From: Candidatus Cloacimonadota bacterium
GTDB lineage: Bacteria; Cloacimonadota; Cloacimonadia; Cloacimonadales; Cloacimonadaceae
DNA length: 50,014 nucleotides
Reading direction: 5' to 3'
NCBI GenBank assembly: GCA_022711455.1
Contig: JAKLEY010000001.1
Span: 1 to 50,014 of the forward strand
The translations under genes and the position numbers were made by a program. Under the pieces are notes generated by a model. The model worked only from the letters and a program-made list of their open reading frames with translations, made no database searches and was not told the DNA's origin. This document shows positions 25,109-34,282 of the stretch, piece by piece (within the stretch, counting starts at the first letter, position 1; every line of letters begins with the position of its first letter).

Positions 25109-26679
25109 ACGATGCCTCGGGTTTTGTTTTTATTCAGTTTGATCAGGATCAGGCCAAAGGCGATCAGGAGCAAGGGCGGAACCGCAATGCTCACCACCTT
25201 CACGGCAGTTTTGATCCGTTTTTCGGTCTGTTCCGGTTTGCCCCACATCAGGTTTTTCCGATACATAAAGTCATAGATATCGAGGTAGCTTTCCTGAATG
25301 CTGCGGCTGCGGATTCCGATCATGGCAAGATTATCCTGCAGATAATCGATGGCGTTGAGGACGATAAAATTACGGTTGTTAAACTCGGCTTCCTTGGAAT
25401 CCATGATCAATTCCCGGTCACCATAGATCACCAGCTCCGCATTGTCGGTGGCGGCTTTGAAGCCGGGGCGTGCGGAGTAGAGCGGATCATCGGCAAAATG
25501 TGAACGCAGCTTGCCCTTGATCAGAGCTCCGATCGTCACCGGCGGATGCGCGTAGAAAGCCGGATCGGGCATCTTCAGCATCTGGGGATCCACATCGAAG
25601 GCGGGACCGGGGATCAGCGCGCTGTTGGCTGAAGTGCTCAAAATCGGTTCGTAGGAAAGGCTGGTGCTGTCCATGATCCCGATCTCCGAGCCAAAGAGGA
25701 TCATGATATCCTTCATGTTTTTGGTGATGACGTTTTTAGTGGAACCACGCACGATGGGGATGAAAGGCACCGCGCTGCCTGGTTGGCCCAGTGTTCCCGG
25801 TTGTTTGGCGCTTTGCAGATCCAGGATCATATCACGTCCCAAAACGATGCCATAGCTTTCCAGCAGTTCAAAGATATTGGATTCGATGTTATAGGGCGCG
25901 GTTTCGCTGAGCGAGATGCGATCCTGCAGGAAGACCACTTTGCCACCGTTCATGAGGTATTGATCAAGGTTATAAAGCTGCTCAGTGGCCATGGAATCGA
26001 TCACGCCGGTGAAAAGCAGGGTGGGGCTTTTGCGCACCGGTGTGAAGAGATCGGTGGAGCCCAGGAAATAGTTCTCATCCAGCGAGCGTTCCAGCATATC
26101 CGTGGGATAACTGGCATAGGTGCTATCCCGGAAAACGATCAGTTCGGGCAATTTCTGCCCTGCCAGACGCCGCACGCGGTTGGTTAGCGAGTATTCCAGC
26201 CGGCTCTCGATCCCCGGAGGCAGATCCAGGATCTCCTGCTTGCCGTTGTATTCCATGGTGAGGCTGAAGACGGTGTTCTTGAAGGTGATCCGGTCGTTTT
26301 CCATGGATTGGGTGTTGAAGCCCATAAAGCCGTGTTGACTGGCAATCGAATTCAGCTCGTCCGAGCTGGCAGTTTTGACGAATTCATAGCTGAACTTGCT
26401 GCCGCCGTAGTTCTTATATTCAGCCAGCAAGTCGTTCAGATAGCGACGGACAGCCAGGAAATTGGGGGGCAGCTCTTCGGAGGCATAGATCTTGATCACC
26501 ATCCGGTCCTTAAGCCCGTGCACCGCTTCCTTGCTGGATTTGGAGATGGAATAGACCCTGCCTTTGGAGAGGTCCAGACGCAGATTGATGAAGCCCGCGA
26601 TCAGCAGGATCACCACAATGATGCTGAGCTTGATGACAAGCAGAGATAGGATGCCACCGGTTTTCAAATTCGTTTTCAT
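25105..26679 (-). CDS. GldG-family ABC-transporter auxiliary protein
   Basis: 524 aa with N- and C-terminal TM helices flanking a large periplasmic domain. It follows an ABC-2 permease. Confidence 0.7.
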   Translation of the reverse strand: MKTNLKTGGILSLLVIKLSIIVVILLIAGFINLRLDLSKGRVYSISKSSKEAVHGLKDRMVIKIYASEELPPNFLAVRRYLNDLLAEYKNYGGSKFSYEFVKTASSDELNSIASQHGFMGFNTQSMENDRITFKNTVFSLTMEYNGKQEILDLPPGIESRLEYSLTNRVRRLAGQKLPELIVFRDSTYASYPTDMLERSLDENYFLGSTDLFTPVRKSPTLLFTGVIDSMATEQLYNLDQYLMNGGKVVFLQDRISLSETAPYNIESNIFELLESYGIVLGRDMILDLQSAKQPGTLGQPGSAVPFIPIVRGSTKNVITKNMKDIMILFGSEIGIMDSTSLSYEPILSTSANSALIPGPAFDVDPQMLKMPDPAFYAHPPVTIGALIKGKLRSHFADDPLYSARPGFKAATDNAELVIYGDRELIMDSKEAEFNNRNFIVLNAIDYLQDNLAMIGIRSRSIQESYLDIYDFMYRKNLMWGKPEQTEKRIKTAVKVVSIAVPPLLLIAFGLILIKLNKNKTRGIV

Positions 26680-27402
26680 CTATCTCTCCTGCATCAGATT
26701 ACGGGTGCGTAGCTTAAACTCTGCCAGCAGCATGAAGATCAGGATCACTGCCGCAAAAAAGAGGATGTCCCGCAGATCGATCACACCTTTGAAAAAGCTC
26801 TGCAGATGATAATCGAAGCTGAAAAATTCCAGCGCGCCGCTGAGGGCGGAGGGGATGATCCCGATGATGTATTTGATGATGAAAAACAGGCTGCTGATGA
26901 AGGCTGCCAGAATGAAGGACAGCACTTGATTGGAAGCCAGACTGGAAGCGAAGATGCCGATGGCAATGTAGGCGCTGCCTGCCAAAATGAGCCCGAGATA
27001 GCCTCCGAGCACGGCTCCGTAATCGATGCCGGTGCCCAGGATCATGATTATCACCAGATAGACCAGGCTGAAGAAGATCACGAATTTGAGCTGGACCAAA
27101 GCAGCCATGAACTTACCCCAGATAATGCCGGAAAGCTTGATCGGCAGGGTGGCAAGCAGTTCAAAGGTGCCTTTTGAAGTTTCCCCCGCGATGCTGCTCA
27201 TAGTGATGGCAGGGATATAGAACAAAAAGAGGGTATGCATGATCTCAAAACCCATGCGCAGATCAGCGCGCGAGAGCTTGAACAGCGTGTTTGAAAAGAA
27301 GAAACCGCTCACGATCAGAAAGAGGGCGAAGATGATGTAGGTGGCAACGGAGCGGATAGCGGCAAGGAATTCCTTTTTGGCAATGATCAGAATGGCGTTC
27401 AT
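26680..27402 (-). CDS. ABC-2 type transporter permease (GldF-like)
   Basis: 240 aa with about 6 TM segments. ATGA overlap with the ATPase gene. Confidence 0.75.
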   Translation of the reverse strand: MNAILIIAKKEFLAAIRSVATYIIFALFLIVSGFFFSNTLFKLSRADLRMGFEIMHTLFLFYIPAITMSSIAGETSKGTFELLATLPIKLSGIIWGKFMAALVQLKFVIFFSLVYLVIIMILGTGIDYGAVLGGYLGLILAGSAYIAIGIFASSLASNQVLSFILAAFISSLFFIIKYIIGIIPSALSGALEFFSFDYHLQSFFKGVIDLRDILFFAAVILIFMLLAEFKLRTRNLMQER

Positions 27403-28448
27403 GCTTGCTCCTCCTCTTGCGGGGCTGCTTCAGTCAGGTCGGGATCCGATTCCGGGAGAGCCTGTTCTTCAGGGTCCGTCTCGGGGCTTGATTCCGTAAT
27501 CTGCCGTTCCTCCGGATAGTCCTGCCCGCCTTTGGTGAGATTCACAAAGATGTCTTCCAGGCTGTGTTTTTTGGTGCTGCTGCCCAGAACTAACCAGCCC
27601 TGCGCGGCACAAAACCGGGCTAAAATACGTTTCAGATCGAGCTCGGCAGGGGCCTCAAAGACCAGTTCGCAGCGTTCATCTATCTGTTTGAAGCTCTTGA
27701 GGCTGACCGTGTGCTGTTCCAAAAGCTCGCTAAAATCAGGGTTCACGGCCTCGAGTTCCAATTGCAGGGTCTGGGTCTTGCCGATCCCCCGCACCAGGTT
27801 TTCCTTGCTGTCATTGGCAACGATCCTGCCCTTGTCGATGATGATAATGCGGTCGCAGAGGGCTTGCACCTCCTGCATGATGTGGCTGGAGAGGATGAGC
27901 GTCTTGCTCTTGCCCAGTTCCAGGATCAGATCCCGTATTTCCAATATCTGATTGGGATCCAGCCCGCTGGTGGGCTCGTCCATGATCAGGATCTCGGGAT
28001 CGTGGATGATGGCTTGAGCCAGTCCGGTCCGTTGCCGGTAGCCCTTGGAGAGGGTTCCGATCTTCTGATGCAGCACTTCCGTCAATCCGCAATTCTGCAT
28101 CACATAGTTCAGCCGGGCTGAAAAAGCATCGCCCCGGATCTCACGCAGGGCAGCGATGTAATCCAGGAATTCATAGACCGTCATATCATCATAAAGAGGA
28201 TTATTTTCAGGCAGATAACCGATCTTGCGGCTGGTGGCGATGGGGTCGTCGAAAATACTCTTTCCATCGATCAGGATCGCGCCTGCGCTGGGCTGGAGAT
28301 AGCCCACCATCATCCGCATGGTGGTGGTTTTCCCGGCTCCGTTCGGACCCAGAAAACCGATGATCTCGCCGGGCTCGATCTGAAAGCTGATCTCATCGAC
28401 AGCTTTGATCGCACCAAATTGGCGGGAAAGGTTTTGGATTTCTATCAT
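27399..28448 (-). CDS. ABC transporter ATP-binding protein (GldA-like) with acidic C-terminal tail
   Basis: Walker A GPNGAGKTT, signature LSKGYRQR and Walker B ILIMDEP. The last ~45 aa are Glu/Asp/Pro-rich. Confidence 0.9.
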   Translation of the reverse strand: MIEIQNLSRQFGAIKAVDEISFQIEPGEIIGFLGPNGAGKTTTMRMMVGYLQPSAGAILIDGKSIFDDPIATSRKIGYLPENNPLYDDMTVYEFLDYIAALREIRGDAFSARLNYVMQNCGLTEVLHQKIGTLSKGYRQRTGLAQAIIHDPEILIMDEPTSGLDPNQILEIRDLILELGKSKTLILSSHIMQEVQALCDRIIIIDKGRIVANDSKENLVRGIGKTQTLQLELEAVNPDFSELLEQHTVSLKSFKQIDERCELVFEAPAELDLKRILARFCAAQGWLVLGSSTKKHSLEDIFVNLTKGGQDYPEERQITESSPETDPEEQALPESDPDLTEAAPQEEEQA

Positions 28449-28465
28449 GGATACTCCTTAAAATA

Positions 28466-28555
28466 GTGATGAGTGATGAGTTATGAGTGATGGGAGGAGT
28501 GAAAAGTGACGAGTGAAGCGTCAGCACGCATCACTCATTACTCTTTACTCATCAC
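28466..28555. repeat. Inverted pair of GTGATGA-word microsatellites (long imperfect hairpin)
   Basis: gtgatgagtgatgagttatgagtgatggg at 28466-28494 and catcactcattactctttactcatcac at 28529-28555, between the adaptor stop and the ATPase start. Confidence 0.8.
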
Positions 28556-28561
28556 TTCCCC

Positions 28562-29743
28562 TTACATCATCATCATATTCATCTGTTTTCCGGCCTTGGG
28601 GTCGGTGAGGCTGATCACGTCTCCCGCTTTGAGGCCGCTGATGACTTCCACGTTTTCCATATCGTTGCTGCCGAGTTTGACCACGGTCGCTTTACCGGTG
28701 GAGGCAGGAGCGGCAGCTCCCGGCTTGGCTGCAGGGCTTGGAGTGGCAGGGGTTTTGCCGGTCTTGGCAGGCAGGACGTAGACTATATCCTGGTTGTCTT
28801 CATCACTGAAGACCGCGCGGATGGGAACCACCAGTACTCCGACCTTTTTCTCTCCGATGATGGAGACGTTTGCAGTCATTCCGGGTTTGGCTTTTTCACC
28901 GGTGGCATTGATCGAGATCTCCACGGGGAAGACCTTGGCGTTGTTTTCGGTGGTAGCCTGAGGAGCGATCTTCACGATCCTGCCCTCGAAAGTCTCATAG
29001 GGCAGGGCGTCTAAACTGATCACGCCTTCCTGTCCCAGCGAGAATTTGGCGATGTCCACCTCATTTATGTTGGATTTAACGATCATTTTATTCAGGTCGG
29101 CGATCTTCATCACCACGGTGCCTTCACCATAGGATGAGATGCTGGATTGCACCATCTCGCCTTCCTCCACGGTGCGCTCGATGCAGACTCCGCCGGAAGT
29201 GGCAAAGACGTGGATCACTTTGGCACCGGTGTCCAGATCGGCGATCATCTCATATTGTGAGCTTGCCTGATTGTATTCGATATTGGCAGAGGCCAGCGCG
29301 TCCTGTGCGTTATCCAGAACTTCTTTGGAGATAAAATCTTTGGCATAGAGGGTCTGCTTGTCGGCAAGGTCTTTGCTGGCGTTATCGAGCTGGATCCTGG
29401 CTTTTTGCAGCTGAGCCTTGGTGTTGAAGAGGGTGTTTGCCTGATTATAATCCGGCTCGATATCGGCAATGATCTGTCCGGATTTGACATAATCGTTTTC
29501 ATCCACATAGAAGCGCACGATTTTGCCGGAGACCTTGCTTTTGAGCGAGACCACGGATTGTGGCTGAACCTCTCCGGTGATGTCAATTTTATTTATGATA
29601 TCCCCGGTTTTTACGGTATAGTTCGTCTCAGTCGCGGCAGCAACCGGAAAGGCTTTTTTGGCTTTCCCGCACTGGCTGAGGACACTGATGATCAGGATGG
29701 CAACGATGCCGATTCCGATCCCGATTTTGTATTTCTTACGCAT
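28562..29743 (-). CDS. HlyD/RND-type periplasmic adaptor (membrane fusion protein) with Pro/Ala linker and Met-rich C-terminus
   Basis: Start placed at MRKKYKIG (ATG at 29743) followed by a TM anchor. It has lipoyl-like, coiled-coil (QLQKARIQLDNASKDLADKQ) and beta-barrel regions. The tail ends KQMNMMMM. Confidence 0.8.
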   Translation of the reverse strand: MRKKYKIGIGIGIVAILIISVLSQCGKAKKAFPVAAATETNYTVKTGDIINKIDITGEVQPQSVVSLKSKVSGKIVRFYVDENDYVKSGQIIADIEPDYNQANTLFNTKAQLQKARIQLDNASKDLADKQTLYAKDFISKEVLDNAQDALASANIEYNQASSQYEMIADLDTGAKVIHVFATSGGVCIERTVEEGEMVQSSISSYGEGTVVMKIADLNKMIVKSNINEVDIAKFSLGQEGVISLDALPYETFEGRIVKIAPQATTENNAKVFPVEISINATGEKAKPGMTANVSIIGEKKVGVLVVPIRAVFSDEDNQDIVYVLPAKTGKTPATPSPAAKPGAAAPASTGKATVVKLGSNDMENVEVISGLKAGDVISLTDPKAGKQMNMMMM

Positions 29744-29845
29744 AAGACCTCTGATACCTGTCGTTTTTGCCACGGCAAATGGAAACGGAATTCGTGTCAA
29801 TAAAAATCAACACGAATCCCGTTCCGTGGCTGGTGCTTATTTTTT

Positions 29846-30715
29846 TTAATTCAGCTCTCTGCGGCTGTAAAACCAATAACCGACAGCAAAGAAGATGAGG
29901 CTGAACAGGATGCGTTGCCAGGTGTATTCATCGAAGGCCATAGCCCAGGCACGGTTGATCACTGCATCCGCGCTGCCACCTCCCAGGGAAGTCACGGTTT
30001 TATCCGCAAAGCTGACGTTGATCCCGTTTCCGAGACCGGACAGCTTTAAGAGGTATGCGCTGAGCGAGGGGAAATTGATAACAGTGGTCTTGCTCAGGAT
30101 CAGCCGCGCGATCTCGATCCCACCCAAACTGAACATGGATTTGATAAAGGACGCGTTCTTGAATATCCCGGCGAACATCCAGTACAAACTGCAGGTGAAG
30201 AAGAAAGGCAGAATCATGCCGCTCAGACCCTGTAGCATTCCCGTGAAGGCATAGCCCGGGCTCAGATGCAGTTTGTAGGCAATATACGTTCCCATCACCG
30301 ACACCCCGGCAAGACTGATCGCGATGACCTGGAGGTAAGTCCCCAGGGTGACCAGCCCGTATTTCACGCCCACGATCTTTGCCAGAGAAACAGGCTGGGA
30401 AAGATGGAAGATCTCGCAGCGCTTTTTGTTGCTGCTGTTCAAGATGGTATCAGCGAGCCCGATCCCAGTCAGCATGGCCAGCATTGCCAATCCGGATGAT
30501 CCGGCCAGCCCTAATCCCCAGAGCACGATCTTATCATATTCTCCGCCAAAGCTTTTCAGGTTTGCAAAGATCGAGATATCCGCGCCCTGGATCAGAGCCC
30601 AGATCAGCCCCACAACCATGGTCACGATCACACCCAGAGTGAACCAGGCGGGCAGCAGCATTGCGCCCCAGTGGGTGAGGAATTCTTTTCTTATTAGTGC
30701 TTTTATCTGTTTCAC
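29846..30715 (-). CDS. Multi-pass membrane protein, putative permease partner of the upstream ABC ATPase
   Basis: 289 aa with about 6 hydrophobic segments. GTG start with a GGGAGG RBS, overlapping the ATPase stop (GTGA). Confidence 0.55.
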   Translation of the reverse strand: MKQIKALIRKEFLTHWGAMLLPAWFTLGVIVTMVVGLIWALIQGADISIFANLKSFGGEYDKIVLWGLGLAGSSGLAMLAMLTGIGLADTILNSSNKKRCEIFHLSQPVSLAKIVGVKYGLVTLGTYLQVIAISLAGVSVMGTYIAYKLHLSPGYAFTGMLQGLSGMILPFFFTCSLYWMFAGIFKNASFIKSMFSLGGIEIARLILSKTTVINFPSLSAYLLKLSGLGNGINVSFADKTVTSLGGGSADAVINRAWAMAFDEYTWQRILFSLIFFAVGYWFYSRRELN

Positions 30716-31566
30716 TTTGAACCTCCCACCACAGTCAGGAAAATGTCTGCCAGATTGGGTCTGCCATACATTGCGCCTTCGATCTCGATCTCAGCAGGCA
30801 GCACCGCGCTCACAAAGCCGAGGCTGTGTCCCAAAGCTTTGGGTGAATGAGCCTTAAGCTCTTCCGCCCGTTCCGAGGGCAGGCTTACCACCCGAAAGCG
30901 GCTTTTCAGGCTGTCGACGTCCTCATGCAAAATGATGCGGCCTTCATCGATGATGATTACTTCCTGCAGGATGTCTTCCACCTCTTCCACCTGATGGGTG
31001 GAGATCAGGATGGTCTTGCTCTCATCAAAGAATTCTCCCAGAATGGTGTTGAAAAACTCCTTGCGGAAGGCTATATCAAGGCCCAGAGTGGGTTCGTCCA
31101 GCAGCAGGTAGCGCACATCGAGGGACAGGGTGATCAAAAGATAGAGCTTGGTCTTCATGCCTTTGGAGAGTTTGCCGACCTTTTTCTTGAGCGGCAGATT
31201 GCTGATCGCAAAGAGCTTGGCGGCGGTTTCCTCGTTCCAGCGGGGATTGACCCCACGAATGTAATCCATGGTCTGGCCAACCGTCAGGCGGTCATCCAGT
31301 CCGCTCACGTCCGGAATGAAGGCTACTTCTTCAAAGACACCTTTATCACGGTGTTTGATGGAGCGGGAGCCGAGGCTGACCTCTCCGGTAAAAGCCAGAA
31401 AGCCAAGCATGGAGCGCATCAGAGTGGATTTTCCGGCGCCGTTCTTACCCAGCAGACCGATGATCTTTCCGCTGCCGAGGCTGAGATTCACCTCGTCCAG
31501 AGCCTTAAACTTCCCGTAAAACTTGCTCAAATTACGGATCTCATAGCTTGTAGTTTCATTTGTCAT
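30712..31566 (-). CDS. ABC transporter ATP-binding protein (YtrB-like)
   Basis: Start placed at the ATG at 31566 (GGAGG 5 nt upstream). Walker A GKNGAGKST, signature LSKGMKTK and Walker B LLLDEP. Confidence 0.9.
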   Translation of the reverse strand: MTNETTSYEIRNLSKFYGKFKALDEVNLSLGSGKIIGLLGKNGAGKSTLMRSMLGFLAFTGEVSLGSRSIKHRDKGVFEEVAFIPDVSGLDDRLTVGQTMDYIRGVNPRWNEETAAKLFAISNLPLKKKVGKLSKGMKTKLYLLITLSLDVRYLLLDEPTLGLDIAFRKEFFNTILGEFFDESKTILISTHQVEEVEDILQEVIIIDEGRIILHEDVDSLKSRFRVVSLPSERAEELKAHSPKALGHSLGFVSAVLPAEIEIEGAMYGRPNLADIFLTVVGGSK

Positions 31567-31933
31567 CTTTGCCTCCATACAAGGTCTCAATGATTTCGAT
31601 GATAGTTTGTTTGGGAAGCTCCAGTTGCCTGGCGGTTTGGAGCACAGGTCTCAGCTTCTCCGTGATAAAATCTTTGCCGCGGGTCTTCAGCAAATGGTCT
31701 CTGGCACCGGGACTGACGTAGATCCCCACTCCGCGCTTCTTGTAGAGGATGCCCAGCTCAGCCAGAGCGTTCACCGCGTTACCGACAGTGATCGGATTGA
31801 GCTTGAAATCCCGGGCCATGATCCTCAGGCTGGGGATCGGATCCTCATCGTTCAAAACCCGGTTCAGGATCAGCTCTTCAATGTGCTTGCGCAATTGAAT
31901 GTAGATCGGGGTCTCATCGTTAAATTGTCTCAT
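31556..31933 (-). CDS. GntR-family transcriptional regulator, YtrA subfamily
   Basis: 125 aa. Winged HTH PSLRIMARDFKLNPITVGNAVNALAELGILYKKRGVGIYV with a short C-terminal domain. It overlaps the ATPase start by 11 nt. Confidence 0.85.
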   Translation of the reverse strand: MRQFNDETPIYIQLRKHIEELILNRVLNDEDPIPSLRIMARDFKLNPITVGNAVNALAELGILYKKRGVGIYVSPGARDHLLKTRGKDFITEKLRPVLQTARQLELPKQTIIEIIETLYGGKDDK

Positions 31934-31978
31934 CTTTTACCTCTGTTACAGCTTCAAGGCTGCTTGGTCCCGTGATCT

Positions 31979-32317
31979 TCAACACCAGGAGAGGTGTTTG
32001 GAGGGATTGGTGAAGCTGAGCTCAGGCTTGCTCTTGGGCCTGGCTTCTGCTTCCCTGTCCACCGGTTTACGACGTGTCTGAATAATCTGCTTTGCCAAAA
32101 CGGATACACAGATCCCCGTGCCCCGCTCCAGCTCCAGAATCTGGTCACCGAGCAAAGCCCGGATGGTCTCATTCACCGAGACCGTATTCACTTTATAATT
32201 CATGGCGATCTCCCGGGCAGAAGGGATGCGCCCTTGCAGGCTGCCGGAGAGGATGGCATCTTCAATATGCTTCCTCAGCTGCTCGGTTATCGGTCTGTTG
32301 GTCTCAAAAATCTTCAT
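31979..32317 (-). CDS. GntR-family transcriptional regulator (second, paralogous YtrA-like copy)
   Basis: 112 aa. The N-terminus ...ITEQLRKHIEDAILSGSLQGRIPSAREIAMNYKVNTVSVNETIRAL parallels the neighbouring regulator. Confidence 0.8.
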   Translation of the reverse strand: MKIFETNRPITEQLRKHIEDAILSGSLQGRIPSAREIAMNYKVNTVSVNETIRALLGDQILELERGTGICVSVLAKQIIQTRRKPVDREAEARPKSKPELSFTNPSKHLSWC

Positions 32318-32361
32318 TATATCCTCGCTTCCGGTTTTTAGTTCCGGGAACTGCTATGGTG

Positions 32362-32397
32362 TTGTAGTCAACTATAACAGTAGTACAATGCTGTCAA
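32362..32397 (-). promoter_or_regulatory. Candidate promoter (TTGACA-N15/16-TATAGT) overlapped by an inverted repeat TTGTAGT-N13-AGTACAA (candidate GntR operator)
   Basis: The minus strand reads aacTTGACAgcattgtactactgtTATAGTtgactacaa, about 55 nt upstream of the ATG at 32317. The half-sites match at 6 of 7 positions. Confidence 0.4.
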
Positions 32398-32829
32398 GTT
32401 TTATTTTTGGTTAGGTGCGCATCTTATTATTTTTCAGATAATTAAAGAAATCATAGAGTATCAAGTGAAATTGCAAATATTATCACTTTCGCTTCAAATC
32501 GCTGTTATTGGTGAGACCCCAGTTTCAACCTTTTTGCAAATCGGTTTCAAGGTTTCTGCAAATAGCAACTGTCGAGAATTCCATTAAAGTTTCATGAATC
32601 ATATTAATAAAAGCGGTGAACACTGGGTGTTTTCCCATTAATAGAAGATCGCAATGTAGACACAAAGGATATATCCGTAAGCCTCTGGCATCCATTTTGC
32701 CGATCATGCAGATCTTGCCGTTGAACTGGCCTAGTGGATTAACAGGAGGATTCGGTTCACGAACAACTTGACAATAATCGCATATCCTAAAACATCAAAA
32801 CCAAACTTGAACAGGATATAAAACATCAG

Positions 32830-33132
32830 ATGCTTATGACCCCTAACCCACGCTTCAAGCTAATATATGAAGCTTTGAAACCTTTTATAGATGAGTATGG
32901 CATTCGTAAAATTGCTGTCTTTGGTTCTTATGCCACGGGCCATGAGAATGCTGACAGCGATATTGATATTCTGCTGGAAATGACCAAGCAATTTGGGATA
33001 TTCAAGTTTATCGGGCTGAAGCAATATCTTGAAGAAGCGATGGGTAAATCCATAGATTTGGTTGAAAGTAATTGTCTGGAACCCCTGATGAAAGATAGTA
33101 TTTTGGCGGAAGCTGTGACAATATATGAATAG
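32830..33132 (+). CDS. MNT-type nucleotidyltransferase (antitoxin-like partner of HEPN/DUF86)
   Basis: 100 aa. The motif GSYATGHENADSDIDIL (GS-x-DxD) is typical of minimal nucleotidyltransferases. Confidence 0.85.
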   Translation: MLMTPNPRFKLIYEALKPFIDEYGIRKIAVFGSYATGHENADSDIDILLEMTKQFGIFKFIGLKQYLEEAMGKSIDLVESNCLEPLMKDSILAEAVTIYE

Positions 33133-33193
33133 AGATAAGATTCTACTTCAGATTATACTCCGGGAGATAGGCATCTTTGACAAAATCACCTGA
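33125..33193 (+). pseudogene. 22-codon stub resembling the N-terminus of a DUF86/HEPN toxin gene
   Basis: The ATG overlaps the MNT stop by 8 nt (ATGAATAG). MNRDKILLQIILREIGIFDKIT then ends at a stop. DUF86 proteins normally start M.RD..L.DIL..I and run for more than 110 aa. Confidence 0.5.
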
Positions 33194-33229
33194 AGAAGAT
33201 GCTTTGCTTATCCGTATCGAGGAGAGATT

Positions 33230-34171
33230 ATGCAAATCAGACTGGATAAGAGGCTGGAACTGCTGTTTACGATAATGCTGTTGTCAGATTATGAGGATGG
33301 AGGCTTGCTGGCCTGGAAGGGGAAGGGGCAGGCTGAGCGGGTGAGAGCGCACTTTTCCAAATACAGCTCGCATCAGGCAGTCATTGATTTCTCCAAGGTT
33401 TGGATGGCTGAGATTAGCATGGATACAATACCGTATTATGCCATGTCTTTAGCACAGGATTACTCCCTCAATCCCGGGATAGATCTGGCATACCTCGAGG
33501 AGGATATCCCTGATCTAAAGACGATCGCAGATTATACGGAGAAACTGAAAGCCTTTGCCGAAGAGAGTGACTTTAACGGATATTTTACGAAGCTCAAAAC
33601 GAACTTTGCCCCTTATCTGGAGAAAATCAACGCCATGCTGGCAAAAAGACAGGTGCAGACTATCCTGGAAAGCTATTTGGGAGTGGAATTCCCCCCGGTG
33701 CATATAGTTTTGTCAACCCTGATGAAGCCGTTTATGTCGCTGACGTTTCCCGGAGCAGAACAAACTGAAGTCTATGCTTATATCAGCTACCCCGGACTGC
33801 TGATCGCTGAGGAGAATCAAGGGCTGGAAAGGGTCTTGATCTGCTCGGTCTGGCACGAGTTATCGCATCATGTGATCAATCCGCTGAGTGAAATGCTTTG
33901 TGAGAGAGATGACGCGCTGCGTGAGAAGAGGGATGACTGGTTTTGCCCACTGAATGAGAGCATTATCTGGGCGATCACCATCAGACTTTTGCTGGCTGAA
34001 GGTATCATCACTGAAAAGAGCGTGGGAGCAATGATCCAGAACGGGGAGAGAAACAAAGCGCCCATGACAGAAAGCATGTATACATTATTGATTGATTATG
34101 AAACCAAACGCCACCTGTACCCCGGCATTTCGGATTATTTCCCTGTGCTTTCGGAGTTGATATGTAAGTGA
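33230..34171 (+). CDS. Hypothetical HExxH-motif protein (possibly DUF4932-like metalloprotein)
   Basis: GGAGAG RBS. 313 aa with no signal peptide and a single VWHELSHH motif. The family assignment is from memory only. Confidence 0.4.
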   Translation: MQIRLDKRLELLFTIMLLSDYEDGGLLAWKGKGQAERVRAHFSKYSSHQAVIDFSKVWMAEISMDTIPYYAMSLAQDYSLNPGIDLAYLEEDIPDLKTIADYTEKLKAFAEESDFNGYFTKLKTNFAPYLEKINAMLAKRQVQTILESYLGVEFPPVHIVLSTLMKPFMSLTFPGAEQTEVYAYISYPGLLIAEENQGLERVLICSVWHELSHHVINPLSEMLCERDDALREKRDDWFCPLNESIIWAITIRLLLAEGIITEKSVGAMIQNGERNKAPMTESMYTLLIDYETKRHLYPGISDYFPVLSELICK

Positions 34172-34282
34172 AGCAAGTGCAAGAAAATAGCGATCCTCCG
34201 CCTCATGCAAGAATAAATCTTGACTGAATTCTCTATCTGAAAAGATATTGAATCAAAGAAAAATGCCTGCGAGGTGATCTTT

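Noticed and set aside
32525-32707. A 60-aa ORF in the AT-rich gap upstream of the MNT gene, possibly a remnant of a mobile-element gene.
   Set aside because: It has no RBS and no recognisable transposase, integrase or toxin motif. The frame is open upstream without a plausible start. At most it is an unidentifiable gene fragment.
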